A model generated the notes under the pieces. The model worked only from the letters and a program-made list of their open reading frames with translations. It searched no databases and was not told the DNA's origin. A DNA stretch of 10,208 bases. It comes from Geosiphon pyriformis uo1. Lineage: Eukaryota > Fungi > Glomeromycota. The stretch is taken from NCBI GenBank assembly GCA_016748015.1, contig JAAOMT010000298.1:11263-21470 (forward strand), in the 5' to 3' direction. The position numbers and the translations under genes are program-made. The stretch's first letter is position 1; each line of letters begins with the position of its first letter. Shown here piece after piece: positions 9,204 to 10,208 of this stretch.

Positions 9204-10208
9204 AGCCTCTAAGCATTAAAACATTAAAATTAAATGCTGCTAGGAAAGACATAATCTTTTTTGATTGGTGATTTTTAATAAACAAGCAGGCAATGGGAAA
9301 ATAATTAAAGATGATTTGTCATTATATCAAAAAAGTCATCATATGCTTTTTAAAATTTATCATATACATAGGATTTAATTTTCAAGCTAAAAACAAGAGT
9401 TAAGACCGTTTTGTGTTTGTTAAAATTACAACAATTGAAAATCAATGGTGAAAGGTTTCTTAGTTATTTGGAAAAGCTATTAATAAAATTTTTTACAAAT
9501 TTAATTGGTTTCATTTGCATTATTAACCTCAAAATACGTATTAGATTTTCATTAATGAGTACGAAATAGATATTGTAATGGTCGAAAGAAACGTGTTTCG
9601 AAGAAAATTTTCTTACCCAATTATATGATTGATATTTTTTAGATCTGAGTCGTGTTCGTCGAAAAATTAAGTTTTTTTTTTGAATTGTGATTCGAACAAA
9701 AAGAGTTTGTTTCATACTAAACCATTGAATTTTTTTTTACAATTATCCACAATCTCTGGAACATTCTTTATCAGATAATACTAAAAATTGCCATACTTTA
9801 AAGTTTTTTTGTTTGTTCACAAAAAAACTTAAGGTTTTATCTAAAACTAAAATGCTTCTTAATTATATTCTGAATATTTATTATTAATTGATTCAGAAAT
9901 ATTGCTATTAAAAATTTTGAAGCAAGTTTTATATTTGGCTTCATTAAATCTATGACCCAAATAACACATCTTTTTATTGAAAAGTTTTTCAACTGGAATT
10001 AGGAATTTTTTATAGCTTCGTAAATAGTAATTAATTAAATTGAATATTTTTATAATATATATCATGGGGTAATTCATTATTGCTAATTTAACCAAATTTC
10101 AAAGTTATAGATTAATATCTTGTGTTTTTTAAATTGAGTTAATTATTTTTCACAAATCTTAATTCTAATCTTAGCAATAACTATTAATAAATCTTAATAA
10201 TAATAATA
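9204..10208 (-). repeat. Right arm of long terminal inverted repeat (near-perfect 9683-10208, degenerate 9204-9682)
   Basis: Mirror of 1-950. The ORF track shows the same 78-aa translation at 114-350(+) and 9859-10095(-). The innermost matching block is AGCCTCTAAG at 9204-9213. Confidence 0.97.

Larger units (their letters stand above)
1..10208. mobile_element. Putative non-autonomous long-TIR (foldback / Pack-type) element or linear TIR-bounded molecule carrying an F-box gene
   Basis: About 1-kb TIRs at both extremities, no transposase, one host-type cargo gene. No flanks are visible, so a target-site duplication cannot be assessed and mobility is inferred only. Confidence 0.4.

Noticed and set aside
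1-10208. Ciliate nanochromosome or Polinton/linear plasmid
   Set aside because: No C4A4/C4A2 telomeres and no in-frame TAA/TAG in the 276-codon gene. No protein-primed polymerase, integrase or capsid genes.

Overview
Very AT-rich eukaryotic sequence, most likely from an early-diverging fungus. The F-box protein resembles, from memory, a family expanded in Glomeromycotina/Mucoromycota; no search was run. The whole window is bracketed by long terminal inverted repeats. Bases 1-525 match the reverse complement of 9683-10208 with only two differences found by eye, and degenerate homology continues inward to about 950 and 9204. Both ends stop at the same base in an inverted (TAT)n/(ATA)n tract. 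The only convincing gene is a two-exon, minus-strand, 276-aa F-box protein (6157-5787 joined to 5574-5115), which the ORF track splits in two. It has a CX2C-X18-CX2C motif and a possible N-myristoylation signal. No transposase, polymerase or other mobility gene is visible. The rest is microsatellites, a telomere-like TAAGGG array, a 3x36-bp tandem repeat and a few possible coding relics. The best candidate system is a non-autonomous long-TIR (foldback/Pack-type) element, or a linear gene-sized molecule, carrying a ubiquitin-ligase adaptor. An assembly artefact at a collapsed repeat must be excluded.
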